Positions 1-20,232 of a stretch of DNA of 64,000 nt are shown piece after piece. Numbering within the stretch: position 1 is the first letter of the stretch; every line of letters starts with the position of its first letter. Origin of the DNA: the human T2T-CHM13v2.0 reference genome, Homo sapiens; NCBI RefSeq assembly GCF_009914755.1, contig NC_060933.1; one strand, 5' to 3'. The notes beneath the pieces were generated by a model. It worked only from the letters and a program-made list of their open reading frames with translations, searched no databases and was not told the DNA's origin. Made by a program: the position numbers and the translations under genes.

Positions 1-253
1 AAGTTCTAGGGACAGGATTAGAAGAAACATAACCATATGTGAAATGTCTAGCCCATTGCTTGGCATTTAGAAATTACAAAGTGAATGTTATGGACTGTTT
101 TAGTACGTTTTTACCATCCTTATCTTCCAGTCCCTTTTGCATTATATTGTAATACTGCTTCTTTTAGAAATATATGCTATTTTTATATATAAAGCAATAT
201 CTGAAAATAGGTATAGTGATACCTCAGTTTCATATTTATGGAACTCATATTCC

Positions 254-547
<294 letters not shown>

Positions 548-551
548 CACA

Positions 552-845
552 TTTCTTTTTCTTTCTTTCTTTCTTTCTTTCTTTTTGAAACAGGGTCTCA
601 CTCTGTCACCCAGGTGGAGTGCAGTGCTGCAGTCTCGGCTCACTGCAGCCTTGACCTCCTGGGCTCAGGTAATCCTTCCACTTCAGCTTCCTGAGTAGCT
701 GAGACTATAGGCATGCACCGCCACACCTGGCTAAGTTTTTGTATTTTTTCGTAGAGATTGGGTTTTGCCATATTTTCGCAAGCCATCTGCCTGTCTTGGC
801 CTCTCAAAGTGCTGGGATTACAGGTGTGAACTACTGTGCCTGGCC
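552..845 (-). mobile_element. Alu (AluJ-like) with (CTTT)n tail
   Basis: Reverse-complement Alu directly adjacent to the previous one. Confidence 0.85.
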
Positions 846-3630
846 AGAACTCACATTTTTAAGTGATTCTTGATTAATGTTTAAACATGATAATGTATGA
901 AAAATCTAAATAGTGCTACATTGTCAGCCACCCACAAATGGTAGTTCTCTTAATTTGTATTTCTCGGATTTTTTTTTTCTGAGAAACTGAAGTTTTAATA
1001 CACTATATCATAAATTGCTACTGTAGATAAGAATATCAAGATAATTTTTACATAATTTAGTTAATATTAATAAAAAACTATATATGTTATATACCAAATA
1101 TATAGCACACTGTGTTGCATGCTGTGGTAGTAACAAAGAGGTATACTATATAGTTTTTTCCTCAAAAAGTGTAAAATATAATTGGGGAGATACATGAAAA
1201 AGTAAATAATACAAGGTTTATCATAGGCTGTACATAATTAGTTGCCAAAAGAATGCGATACATTTAGAAGAGGAGATAGATGGTCAAAGTTTGAGGAGGC
1301 TTAGCAGAGGAGACTGGAGCCAACCTGGGCCCTGTTGCCAGGATCTGAAAGCACAGAAAGAAGGGAGATATAGGACACATCAGAATTTAGAGGTAATATT
1401 GCTAATTTTCCACAGTCAGAGGTAATATCTCTTAACAGTAAGCAAACCAGACATCTTGCCTGTATTGACATATTTATTCCCAGTCTTCCGATAAAAAGAA
1501 CTCTGTTCTTTTGAGGGTATGGCTTATCCAAAGGGTATTTTATAATTTACAGTGCTTTAGAAACAAAACAATAAACCCAGGCACATACTATTTTTGGCAC
1601 ATATTTTTGATGTGTTAAATTTACATAATGAAGATAGTGTTTTAAAATTAAATAACCATTATGGGGCTTGAGAATGTGTGTGTGTGTATGAAGACTAGAT
1701 AATAGGATTGCTAGATCATATGATAATTCTATGTTTAACTTTTTGAGGAACTGCCAAACTGTTTTTGAAAATGGCTGCACTATTTTACAATCCCATTAGC
1801 AATGTCTGAGAGTTCCAATTTCCCTACAAAGTGTCCTTATTTTTTAACAGAGAAACATTTACATAATAGAGAAAGCAGGTGAATTTATGTTTGTTATATT
1901 TTTAAATATTACCATAGCTTAAAAAGGCAAGATATGAAACTTATAAAAATAAGACACTTTAAATGAAGTCCTTTGATGTCTATATGCCATTGAATGTCCA
2001 GTGTGCAATTTGCCTTTTTGCCAACATAAAGAGCAAGAACTCAGCAAGCAAGAGTGATACAAAAGAATTTTACTCCCTAGGGAAGTGTCTAATTTCTGGC
2101 CCAGAGTCTCAAAGTTCACAGAGTGCTGTAAGCCAGTAAGGCATCCCTCAAAGTTCATGTATTTCAGGAAGTAAGTCCGTGATTCATTAAGGAAAAAAGC
2201 TGTCCTTTTTCCACATTATGGATGCACTTTGAATTTATTAGAGAGTAAAGGAAAACTGGTGAAATTATGTAGTATTTTTGTTATGCTATTGAATTTTGTG
2301 TAAAAGATGCATTCTATATTTTTAGGTTTTTTTCTTCACGATCGGAATGTTTTTATGGGGGAATTTGAGAATATTATTTTTCGAAATTAAACACACTGAG
2401 GAGCAGGTTATTTCAGTACTAGGAATGCTTTTGTCCCATATGAAAGCGATGTTCCTTATGTTTGTTTTAAAAATACTGGCCTTTAATCTCCTTGGGTGGA
2501 AAACATTCGATTTTTTTTTTTAAAGCAAATTTGCTCTATAGCTGTTTCCACCCTTACAGTCAAACAGGCTTTGTTCTTCAAGAATAATTCACAGTAAATA
2601 ATGCAATACCTCTGAAAGTAGTTCCCTATGGAAAGTCAGAATTAATTTAAACCAGAATTCTGACATGTAGATAAGTTCCAAATTACATTTGGAAATTTTG
2701 TTTTTTTAAATTATATTTTTCTTTTTTCTAAGCCTTTACACTCTAAAGCTTTTTTCATTAATTGGGCATTTATTCAGTGTCTATTATGGGCAAAACACTG
2801 TGCTAAGCAAAGTCAGGGATGATTTTATAAAGGGTTATTTAATTCCTTCAATATTTATTAAATACCTACAGAGTATAGAGCACTGTGACAGACACTATAG
2901 TAAATAATTCCTAACCTCTAGGAACTAGCAATCTTGTATTTGAGGGAGAGTAGATATACACACATGAAATAAATAAGTAGTGTAGAAGTTAAATGCCTGA
3001 GTGACCCTTACTTAAGTTCAGAGAAGGTCAATATCAGTGTGAAGGAAAATGATAGTAAAATGAGTCATAGAATAGACAGAACCTGAAATGGGCTCTGAAG
3101 ATTGTTAGTATTCAAATAGTGTTAGGGGAGATCGAAGGCAAAGGAGCCGGGTGTTCTACAGAACATGTTAAATTGTGAAAAGTAGTGGTGAGGCTAATGC
3201 CTGTATACTAAAGGAAGAGATCAACTTCTTGTTCATCAGGTTGAGGACAGTGGGAGAAGGTGAATTCTTTACTGGGGAAGACGTGGGGATGTTGGTACCT
3301 GAGGGGAGAACCTTAGTTCAGTAAAGACAAAAAAGTTAGGTGATAGAATTAGATAAACCCAGCTGAAGGAGTGTGGGCAAATTGTGTAACTTCTCTAAAC
3401 CTCAATTTTATTATCAGTAAAACTGTGCCAACCTCATAGTTCAGTATAAGGATTTAAAAAAATATATGTAAAGCATTTAGAACAATGCCTGGAATATGAA
3501 TAAGCACTATAATATTCAAACTATTCCTATTAAAATAGAGAAATAATAGGTCTCACAGTATCCACTGAGATTTGGGTTCTAGTAGGAGTGAATTGGAAAC
3601 TTTGAGACAAAATTATTTATGTAATACCAA

Positions 3631-3926
3631 TTTTTTTTTTTTTTTGATACCAAGTCTCGCTCTGTCGCCCAAGCTGGAGTGCAGTGGCACGATCTTGGCT
3701 CACTGCAACCTCTGCCTTCTGGGTTCAAGTGATTCTCCTGCCTCAGCCTCCTGAGTATCTGGGACTACAGGAGCGTGCCACCATGCCTGGCTAATTTTTT
3801 GTATTTTTAGTAGAGATGGGGTTTCACTGTGTTAGCCAGGATGGTCTCGATCTCCTGGTCTTGTGATCCACCTGCCTTGGCCTACCAAAGTGCTGGGATT
3901 ACAGGTTTGAGCCACCGTGCCTGGCC
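3631..3926 (-). mobile_element. Alu (AluS-like)
   Basis: T15 tail and full dimer ending gccaccgtgcctggcc. Confidence 0.9.
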
Positions 3927-4316
3927 CTCCAATGTGTTTTTTTTAAATCTGTGAATTGATCTTCTCTTTTTATGCATCTGGATTTTTAGTTTTAACAATC
4001 CTATCTTTATAACAAGATTAAGTAATTTGCCTGTATTTTCTTCTAATATTTCTGTGGTTTCATTTTTTTTACATATAGATTTATGGTCTATTTGGAATTT
4101 ACTTATGTATAAAATGTCAGGTATAGATCAACTTTTATATTTTTTTCCAGAAGGCCATCCAGTTATTTCACCACCATTTAGTCTGTCTTTTTGCTACTGC
4201 TTTGAATTGCTACCTTTATCATTGAAGTTTTTTTGTGCTTAGATCTGTTTCTAGCTGTTCTGTTCCATTGGTCTTTTTTTTTTTATGTACAAATAACATG
4301 ATTTTTTAAATAGAGG

Positions 4317-4629
<313 letters not shown>

Positions 4630-4999
4630 TAATTAGAGGTTTTGTTGGTGTTTCAATATGTGGTGGGGCTGTTCCCCTCTCATTCCTCTTCTTTTTCAGG
4701 GTTAAACTCAGCTTGCCTAGCTCCAGAAAACAAACTGGTTTGTTTTTTGGTGGAATTGTACTACGTTTATCAATTTACTTAGGAATAATTGAATCTTTGT
4801 GATGAGTTAGGCTGTTGAAGTTTGAAGTATTATTTTGTGTCTTTCAACCATATTTAAAACTTTTCCTCATATAGATTTTTTACATTTCAGGCCAAATTGA
4901 TTCCTAAATTATTATATCTTTTTTATTATGGAATTCTAAATGGGGTTTTCTCTTCCATTATTTTCTTTTTTGTTTATCTGTATATATTAAGGATATTGA

Positions 5000-5790
5000 T
5001 ATTTTAAATTGTGGTAAAATATGCATGACATAACATTTACCATTTTGATCCTTTTAAAGTATACAGTTCAGTGGCATTAAGTGTGTTCACAGTATTGCAC
5101 AACCATCACCACTATTTAGCTCCTGAACTTTTCATCACTCCAAACAGAAACCCTGAACTCGTTAAGCAGTCACTCCTTATTCCTTCTTCTCCTCAGCCTC
5201 TGGTGACCAAAAATGTGTTTTCTGTGTCTATAAATTTTCCTAGTGTGTATATTTTGTATAAATGGAGTCATACAAATGTGGCCTTTTGTGTCTGGTTTCT
5301 TTCTCTTAGCGTAATTTTTCAATTTATGTTGTACCATGTATTAGTACTTCATTCCTTTTTATGGCTGAATAATATTCTGTTGTGTGGATATACCACATTT
5401 TGTTTATTCATTCATCCTCTGTTAGGCATTTGTGTTTTTCCTACCTTTTGGCTATTGTGAATAATGTTGCTGTGAACAAGAAGCTATTGATTTTTTTGTA
5501 TGTTAATTTAATATATTTTAACCTTACTGACTTTTTTTTCCTGTTTGAATTCTGTCATTGGATCTTTTGCTATTTCTAGATTTATGATCAAATTTTCTAC
5601 AAATGGAGATAGTTTTACTTCTTCTTTGCCAATTCTTATGTCTCTACTTGCTTTTTGTTGCCTAGTTGTACTGGCTAATAACACACCAAATACAATGTTA
5701 AATACTAGTGGAGATAGTGGGTGTTCTTGCATTGCTCCGGAACTTGGTAAAAAATGCTTTAGGTTTTTCTCCATTATTAAGATACTGACT
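5000..5790 (-). mobile_element. Old L1M fragments (L1MB-like 3' end plus ORF2 RT piece)
   Basis: L1 3'UTR motifs. Track ORF 5508..5774(-) resembles L1 ORF2 (PLSPLVFNIV...IRIGKEEVKLS). Confidence 0.7.
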
Positions 5791-6690
5791 TTAGGATACA
5801 GTGTCTCTATCTCTACCTGTATCTACATGCACAATTTTTATTGTAATTTTATGTGTAATTTTTGTTGAAAACACTTTTGCCTGAGACACTGAGGTTCACT
5901 TTTATTTTCACTTATCTAAGTGTTGCTAGTTTGCCTCTTGTATTTTCTAGGTTTTCTGTAATTTTCTTTTTTTTCTCTAATTGAACAGATGAAATTGATT
6001 TTGAAGAGAATATGGAATCAACCTTTGTGATGTCCATTTGTTCCCCTCATCCTACTCCCAACTGCTGCAACTCTACTGCTAACCCTGGCTATCTTTATTA
6101 TGTTTCTGATTCTCACATCCCTTTACTAAGATTAGGGACAGTTCCAGGATTTTATGGCTTCTCATACCTCTCTAGATAAAGTTAAGTTTCTTAGTGTAGC
6201 ACATAAGGTACTCAGTCCTCTGTTATCTGTGTACTTTTCAAATTTCCATCCTTTCTCTCATTTCTTCAGGTATTCTGAATTATTTGCATCCTTAGAGCAT
6301 ACGATGCTGTTTTCTGCCTCTTCCTTTTCCTCATGCTAGTCTTCCTGCTTTAATATAGCTATAAGCCAAGTGTCAAGTTTTATTTTTCCTTGAAGTGTGC
6401 CTGCTTTAAGAGGGTTGTCGCACATCCTCTTGCAAGCAGTCTGCGTAGCTACTGCTTCTCAGAGTTCCTTGCTTCTTTTAGCACTCCCTGTGGGCCACCA
6501 CTTGCTTTACTAATGGTCTTTATGTGGAGTTCTGGGACATAGTCCCATTGATAGAATATGGCTGCCAAAGTTTAAGTGCCCTTTTGTACTCCTCTGGCAA
6601 CCTGGAATATCTCTATCATAGCATTATACCATGCTAGTTGATTTACTTGTCTCTTTTCCGAGTACATGTGATTTAGTAACTAATCAATAC

Positions 6691-6967
6691 TTTTTTTTTT
6701 CTTTTTTAATAGAAACAGGGTCTTGCACTGTCACCTAGGCTGGTCTCAAATTCCTGGACTAAAGAGATCCTCCCACCTTCACCCTCTTGAGTAGCTAGAA
6801 CTATACACATACCACCCTACTTGGCTGATATTTTTAAATTTTTTTTTTGTAGAGACAGGGTCTTAGTCTGTTGCCCAGGTTGGTCCTAAACTCCTGCCCT
6901 CAAGTGATCCTCTCACCTTGGCCTCCAAAAGTGCTGGGATTATAGGTGTGAGCCCTTATGCCTGGCC
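6691..6967 (-). mobile_element. Alu-like dimer of two FLAM-type monomers, or AluJ with an internal deletion
   Basis: Both arms read ggctggtctcaaa/ggttggtcctaaa with no right-arm ggagtgcagtggc insertion. Confidence 0.75.
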
Positions 6968-7025
6968 CCAATAAATGTTTATTGAATAATAAGTGAATAG
7001 TAAAGGAAACTGGGATCTGTTACCT

Positions 7026-7335
7026 TCTTTTTTTTTTTTTTTTTTTTTGAGACAGTGTCTTGCCCTGTTACCCAGGCTGGAGTGCAGTGGCATGATCATG
7101 GCTCACTGCAGCCTCAACCTCCTGGATTCAATTGATTCTCTGACCTCAGCCTCCCGAGTAGCTGTAACTATAGGTGTACACCACTATTCCTGTCTTAATT
7201 TTTTTTATTTTTTATTTGTGGAGATGGGGTCTTGCTATGTTGCCCAGGATGGTCTCAAACTCTTGAGCTCAAGCAATCCTCTTGCCTCAGCCTCCCAAAC
7301 ACTGGGATTACAGGCGTGAGCCATTTTGCCTGTCC
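7026..7335 (-). mobile_element. Alu (AluJ-like)
   Basis: Poly-T plus full reverse-complement Alu. Confidence 0.88.
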
Positions 7336-8137
7336 CTTCTTAATTTTACTCTTTCTTTCAAGATTCCTTACTGATTAGGTTAAGATTTCATAGAGAGAGC
7401 CAATTTATTTTCTAGTGATTAATTGTGGTTCTTACAGTTAAATTTCTTTTTATTTCAAATTAAGTTTTGGATTGTAAGCAACTTGATTAGGCAAAAAGGA
7501 GCAGAGGGCTGCTGAGGCCCAGCTCACAATTAGTATTTCCTGTCACCACTGGAGATGCACTGTGTATAGCTTTCTGTCATGGGGAGGTAAGACAGAAACT
7601 GAAATTAAGTGAGTATCCTTGAGAGACAGTGCCTTCTCATGCAGTAAATGGTAGACCATGCTATTTGTTATATCATTGATTGAACCGGTTGCTTATTTTG
7701 GTAAAAAGTAAAGTCTTTTTTACATCTAGGAAACCCTCTATTGGCAGTGTCATTTCTGTTTAAAAGTAGAAATGAAGAATTAGTGAGGAGTGGAAGAAGA
7801 GAAATTATACAGAGAAAGCATATTTTTCTTTTCTAAATTTGTGTGTTTATGTATAAGTCTACAGGAAATATATGAAATAGTCTTAAATTTATGTGTTCTA
7901 CTTTACATAAAGCTTCTATGTGAGAGGATTTAAAAATCAATGTGCACATTCAGATCTAAGCTGTTTGGCTCACTGTTGCCATGTCTATCTTATTTATATT
8001 TTGGATATTTTAGCACATGTATCTTTTAAAGAGGAAGAAGTGGTTGTCAGCAAAAGTTTGTTTTCTTTGAGTAAAGGGAAATTAATATAATGCCTGTTTG
8101 TTTCATGATCAAATATATTTTTTGACTTCTTCCATAG

Positions 8138-8680
<543 letters not shown>

Positions 8681-9348
8681 TAAGCGAAATACAGTGTGAC
8701 TATACCTGGCTATTATGGAAAAACTCTTAAAAAATCATGTAATATGCCAAATAATATAACATAGTCTCCATATGTACGTATATGTGTGTATGGATAAGTG
8801 AATATTTTTGTATAAATTAGGCTGTGATTTTTTGTTTTAAACAGGTTAAAATATTAGGTGGCAAATATATATAATTTCAACTTTGTCTTGTTTTAGATTT
8901 GAATCCTCTGCAGTAAAGTGGAGAGTTTATACAGTGATTTTTCAGTTATGTCAATCAAAAACTGCCCTGTTTCAAATTACCAGTATAATTTATTTTCAGT
9001 TTCTATGAATAAGTATGAAATGGGTTAAAAATATATTGAAGAATTGTGTGAAAATGAGACAAATGTAAATTTTCCAGTTGTGTTTTGAATGCATAACTAT
9101 TTTGAAGAAACAATTTGTTTTAATTTTTAAAAAGCAGACTATTAAGTAATATAAGTAAAACTAAAGAAAATTTGTTTTTTTCTGTTTATTTGGTGTCATT
9201 TACAGTTATTTGTAAATTAGGTCAAGCTAATCTAACATTTAATAGATTTTTCCACATTAGGCAATGTTCACAATAGGGTTTTATCTGTTTCTTAAATAGC
9301 TGAACACTGCTACGAATTTTAAATATAGATTTTAATAAAGTTTTGTAG

Positions 9349-9627
<279 letters not shown>

Positions 9628-10490
9628 TAGAGAGATTGTTAACTCTGTACTTAATGATGTAAATTAATATAAATTTTGTCTCTATTTATGGGGAAATGAC
9701 ATTTCTTGGTGAATGTATCCACCTTTTCTTTTTTTCTATCTGTTTTTCCTATGGAAAGCTCATCATCAGCTTTTTATTAAGTAATACTGGCAATGTTTTT
9801 TCATATGTTTTGGCCTTATTTCACTTCTACTTCTGGCTGTAAATTTCATAAGCTTGAGTAATATGAGAGCCAGTAGAAAATTTTTATCTCTCGTTTTGTG
9901 ATATATTTTTTTACTTTTTCTAGTTTATTTTAGATGGAATTAATTTGGATAGTCTGCTCCTTTCCACCTGGTGTGGAACCACCTATTATCAGCAATTTAC
10001 AAAAGTTTAAAATGCAAGTTTTTTTTTATGATTCAGATTGCATGATATTTTGTCTGACAGGTTCAATGAAAACTAATTGGACTAATTATGGTCATTTCAG
10101 ACACATTAATTGTTAAAATTGTGTAATGGACTTAAGATTTGTCTGTTTAATGAAATGTAAGCCTATGTATAATGATAATTTGGGATTTAATTCTTAGACA
10201 ATTCCACTGTGCAAATATAGATTATTCATTGTGATTTCAAATATCTAAACCTAGACTTTTGTAGTAGGAAACTTAAAGATTATTTTTAAGTTGTGGCCAT
10301 CGATGTTGGTAAGCAATGCGCATATTTAATGTATTGGCAGAACCTCAAGATACTGGGTTTGAAGTCTGAAATAAAAGTCTAAACTAAATGTATTTTAAGA
10401 ATTTTGGTATTATAACTTCAAAGCAAAACTGAACATTCTTGAAAGAGCTTAGAAATAGTTTTTAGATTTGGTTTAAGAAACAGGCGATTT

Positions 10491-16770
<6,280 letters not shown>

Positions 16771-18084
16771 GGTGATTTATGTTACTAATATTCTTTGTAA
16801 GTATGACGCTTAAAAGTAGATTGGTTTCTTAAGCTATCTTCTTGTTTATGTTATTAATTTATTTAATGTATTTTTTCTTGTCACTGTGTTATGTATATAT
16901 TCTAGGAGATAAAATAAAAATGTGTGAATTGGTCTGACGCTAATACGCACAGTTGTTAGAGAACAATAATGACAACTCATGAGCGACTTCAAGCAGAATG
17001 TAATTAAGGGTGAGATGAAGAGATACAGGCTTTTAATGCTACAAGAATCTACAGAAGGTGCTGCTCATTGTGGGCTTATGAGTATAGGGAAGACTTCAGG
17101 GAGGAGCTTGTGATTTAGCTAGACTTAGAATGATGGCAAGTTAGAGAGGAGAGATGGCATTCAGATGAAGGGCATGGTTAAGCAGAGATGCAGTTGTGGG
17201 AATAAACATAGAATGGAAGGAACAGACATTAAAAGGATGAGATTGAAAATCCGTGCCTAGCAGACCTGGCCTATAGATAGTGATTAATAAAGGATATTTT
17301 CCATTATTCATATCGGAAGAGAGATGTATCATTGGCATGGGGTCAAATTACAGAGGTTTTATAAAACTAGGCAGTAATTTCCTCTGAGCACATTGCAAAA
17401 GTGGCCCCTTACAACACTTTCAATGTTAAAATATTGACACAATAATTAAGACCCTGATAAAGATATGCATAGGTAAGATTTATCAAGTAGAAGGTGGTGT
17501 CTTTACATGCTTGCCTAAGTCTAGGAGCAGAGGTGCCTTTGATATTAGATCTGGCTGTGCCTCTTACAGCTAGAGGAAATAGCAGGTTCAGGAAAACTTT
17601 TTTTTAGGGTAAGTTTTAAGTGTTTGTTCGCTAAGAAACACGACTTTGAGAAGAGTAAGTGATTGTTAATTAAAGCAAGAGAATTATTGATGTATCACAG
17701 TCATGAGGAATATTGGAAGGAATATGGTCCATACAGGTAGATAAAGGAATATTATTGGACTGACACAAAATTATCAGTGTGGACCCTCTCTGGATATAAC
17801 TTGACCATCTGAGCTTTTAGAATAATTTCTTCAAACATGATGAGGGGTTTGTTTATATAATATTTTTCCAGGGTCATGTGTTTTCATTTTAAGTTATATT
17901 TTTGTAGTAGAAATTTCAGGTATTTTGACAGAAAGGATGGGAACATATTTTCAGAAAGTTAAAGCGTATGAGTAGTTATGAAGAGAGAATAATGACAGTA
18001 ATAAATATAAAACCATAAGAGCTTATATAGTCATGTGGAGTTTCCAATTTAGCATATGAATAACCTAAACAGGTAAACATTATT

Positions 18085-18680
18085 GTATGGTAGAGAGAGC
18101 ATTAGCTTTAAACAAAGCGGATTTGATTTTGTATCCAAATGTAGTTATCAGTTATCTAGTTATCAGTTGTGTGAAACTGGGCACGTTATTTAACTTTACT
18201 GGGTCTCAGATTCTTTGCCTATAAATGAAGATATTATCTTCCTCCTGGATGTTCCAAGGATTTAGTGAGATAATACTTTTTGAGCATTGTGTATAATACC
18301 TGGCATTTGGTGGGTGGTAAAAAAATAGTTGTCACCTTATTACTCATCTCACTGTGAATGTAGAGTATAACATAAATGAGCACACATGCGCATACACACA
18401 CACACCCCTTTATACATTTTCAGGCTACTAATTATTAATCTTCTATCCTAAAATTGCTAAGCTGCTCTACAGGGGAGGCAATACTTTAGGGTTAAGCGGG
18501 AATTCTGCCTGACTTTGAATACTGGTTCTGACACTAGCTGTGTGACCTTGGGCAAGTTATTTAAATCCTGTGTGCATCAATTTGTTTATATATAAAATGG
18601 GGAAAGTAGTTTTACCTATCTCATAGAGTTATTTAGAAGACTAAATGAATACATTTTTAAAGTGCTTAGAAGAGTCTTTG
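18085..18680 (+). repeat. Two MIR fragments (about 18085-18330 and 18490-18680)
   Basis: tgtgtgaccttgggcaagttatttaa...aaaatgggg MIR core motifs. Confidence 0.65.
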
Positions 18681-19174
18681 ATTACTGGTTTGCTTGCTTT
18701 GCTTAGTTCATATATTGGTCATTATTAATATTTATTGCATTAACAGAATAATAAATAGATTTTGTAAAAAATAAGGTCAAATGAAAATACATTGGTTGAT
18801 CTTAGAATTTCAAGGTAATTTAAATGTTATATGTAGCTATAAATTTTAAAAAGATGGTTCTGTTATAAATTAGTATATAAAGATCAAGGAGAAGTTTATT
18901 CTCTGAATAGGATGACATTGTATGTTTGAAAGAGGTTTGCCTTCTTTGTAATTATTGGATGACCCTACTTAAAATACCTTAATCAAATAGGAATTTTTCC
19001 TCCCAGATAATAGGAAGTCTAGAGGTAAGTAGAAATCTAGACTGGTTCTTTCTTCTCTGCTGTCCTTAACGTGTTCATGTTTGTGCCTCTTAGTTTTAAG
19101 CTGGCTACTCTACTTTCAGGCATCAGGATTGTGTTTTTGCAAGAAGGAAAAGGGAAGGGCAAAATGTGAAGGCA

Positions 19175-19845
19175 TTCGTACATTGTTGGTAGGAATGAAA
19201 AGGATACAGATGCTTTGGAAAAGAGTCTGGAAGTTCATTAAAAAGTTAAGCATAGAGTTATCATATGAGCTAGCAATTCACTCCTAGGAATGTATCCAAG
19301 AGAAAGAGAAAGGAAAACATACATTCATACAAACACAAACCAATTCAAGTGTTTGTGAATTGGATACATTTGCAAATGTTCATAGCATCAGTACGCGTGA
19401 GTCAAAAAGTGAAAAGAAAACCCAGATGTCTATCAACTGATTAATGGATAGATATCTAAATGATGAAATATTATTAGTTCATAAAAAGGAATAAAGTACT
19501 GCTACATGCTATAATGTGAATGATCCCTGAAGACATTATGCAGTGAAAGAGGATGGTGACAAAAGATCACATATTGCATGATTCCATTTATTTGAAATGT
19601 CCAGAGTAGACACATCTAGAGATAGAAAGTAGATTAGTGATTGCCCAAGGCTGGAGTGAGGGTTAAGGGAGTATGGGAAGTGACTGCTAATGGATATAGA
19701 GTTTCTTTTGGGGTTGATAAAAATGTTTTAAAATTGGTTGTGGTTATAGTTGCACAACTCTGTGAGTATACTACAAAACATTGATTTGTATACTTTAAAT
19801 GGGCAAACTGTATGATGTTTAATTATATCTCTAGAAAGCTGTTAC
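19175..19845 (+). mobile_element. L1MB-like 3' end inserted in an old MLT1-like LTR
   Basis: Typical L1M 3'UTR (agtagattagtgattgcc...ggttatagttgcacaactctgtga). Confidence 0.7.
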
Positions 19846-20232
19846 AGATGTGAAGAGATGTGGCTGCTGAATATATTCCTTTATGTCAGGAAGGCAAAAG
19901 CTTTCCCATAAGCTTACCCAGCAGTTTTCTCTTCTTGTTTCATTGACTTGAACCTGAATCACATGGTTATTCCTGGCTGGCTAGCTAGAAGGTGGCAACA
20001 GAGAAGGGATATTTTGTAGATGGATCCACTAATCAACAAACTCAACATAGAGAGGATTTACTTTCTAAAAAGCAAATATCATTTATTACCTCCACATCTA
20101 CTGCCCCACCCTACCATTACAAAGGAAAACTGGTCAATTCAGAAAACTTGAAAAAAATGAATTAGAAAAGAATAAAAATAACAGAAACAAAAAATATTTT
20201 TCTATCAGCTCACACAAGAATGGTTACTGTTA

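Noticed and set aside
7540-7562. CTCF site (ccactggagatgcac)
   Set aside because: Poor match to the core 3' half; cannot be supported without ChIP data.
17560-17760. Cryptic exon suggested by gtaagt donors
   Set aside because: No convincing acceptor and frame; the flanking exons 9380-9496 and 41601-41827 already join in frame.
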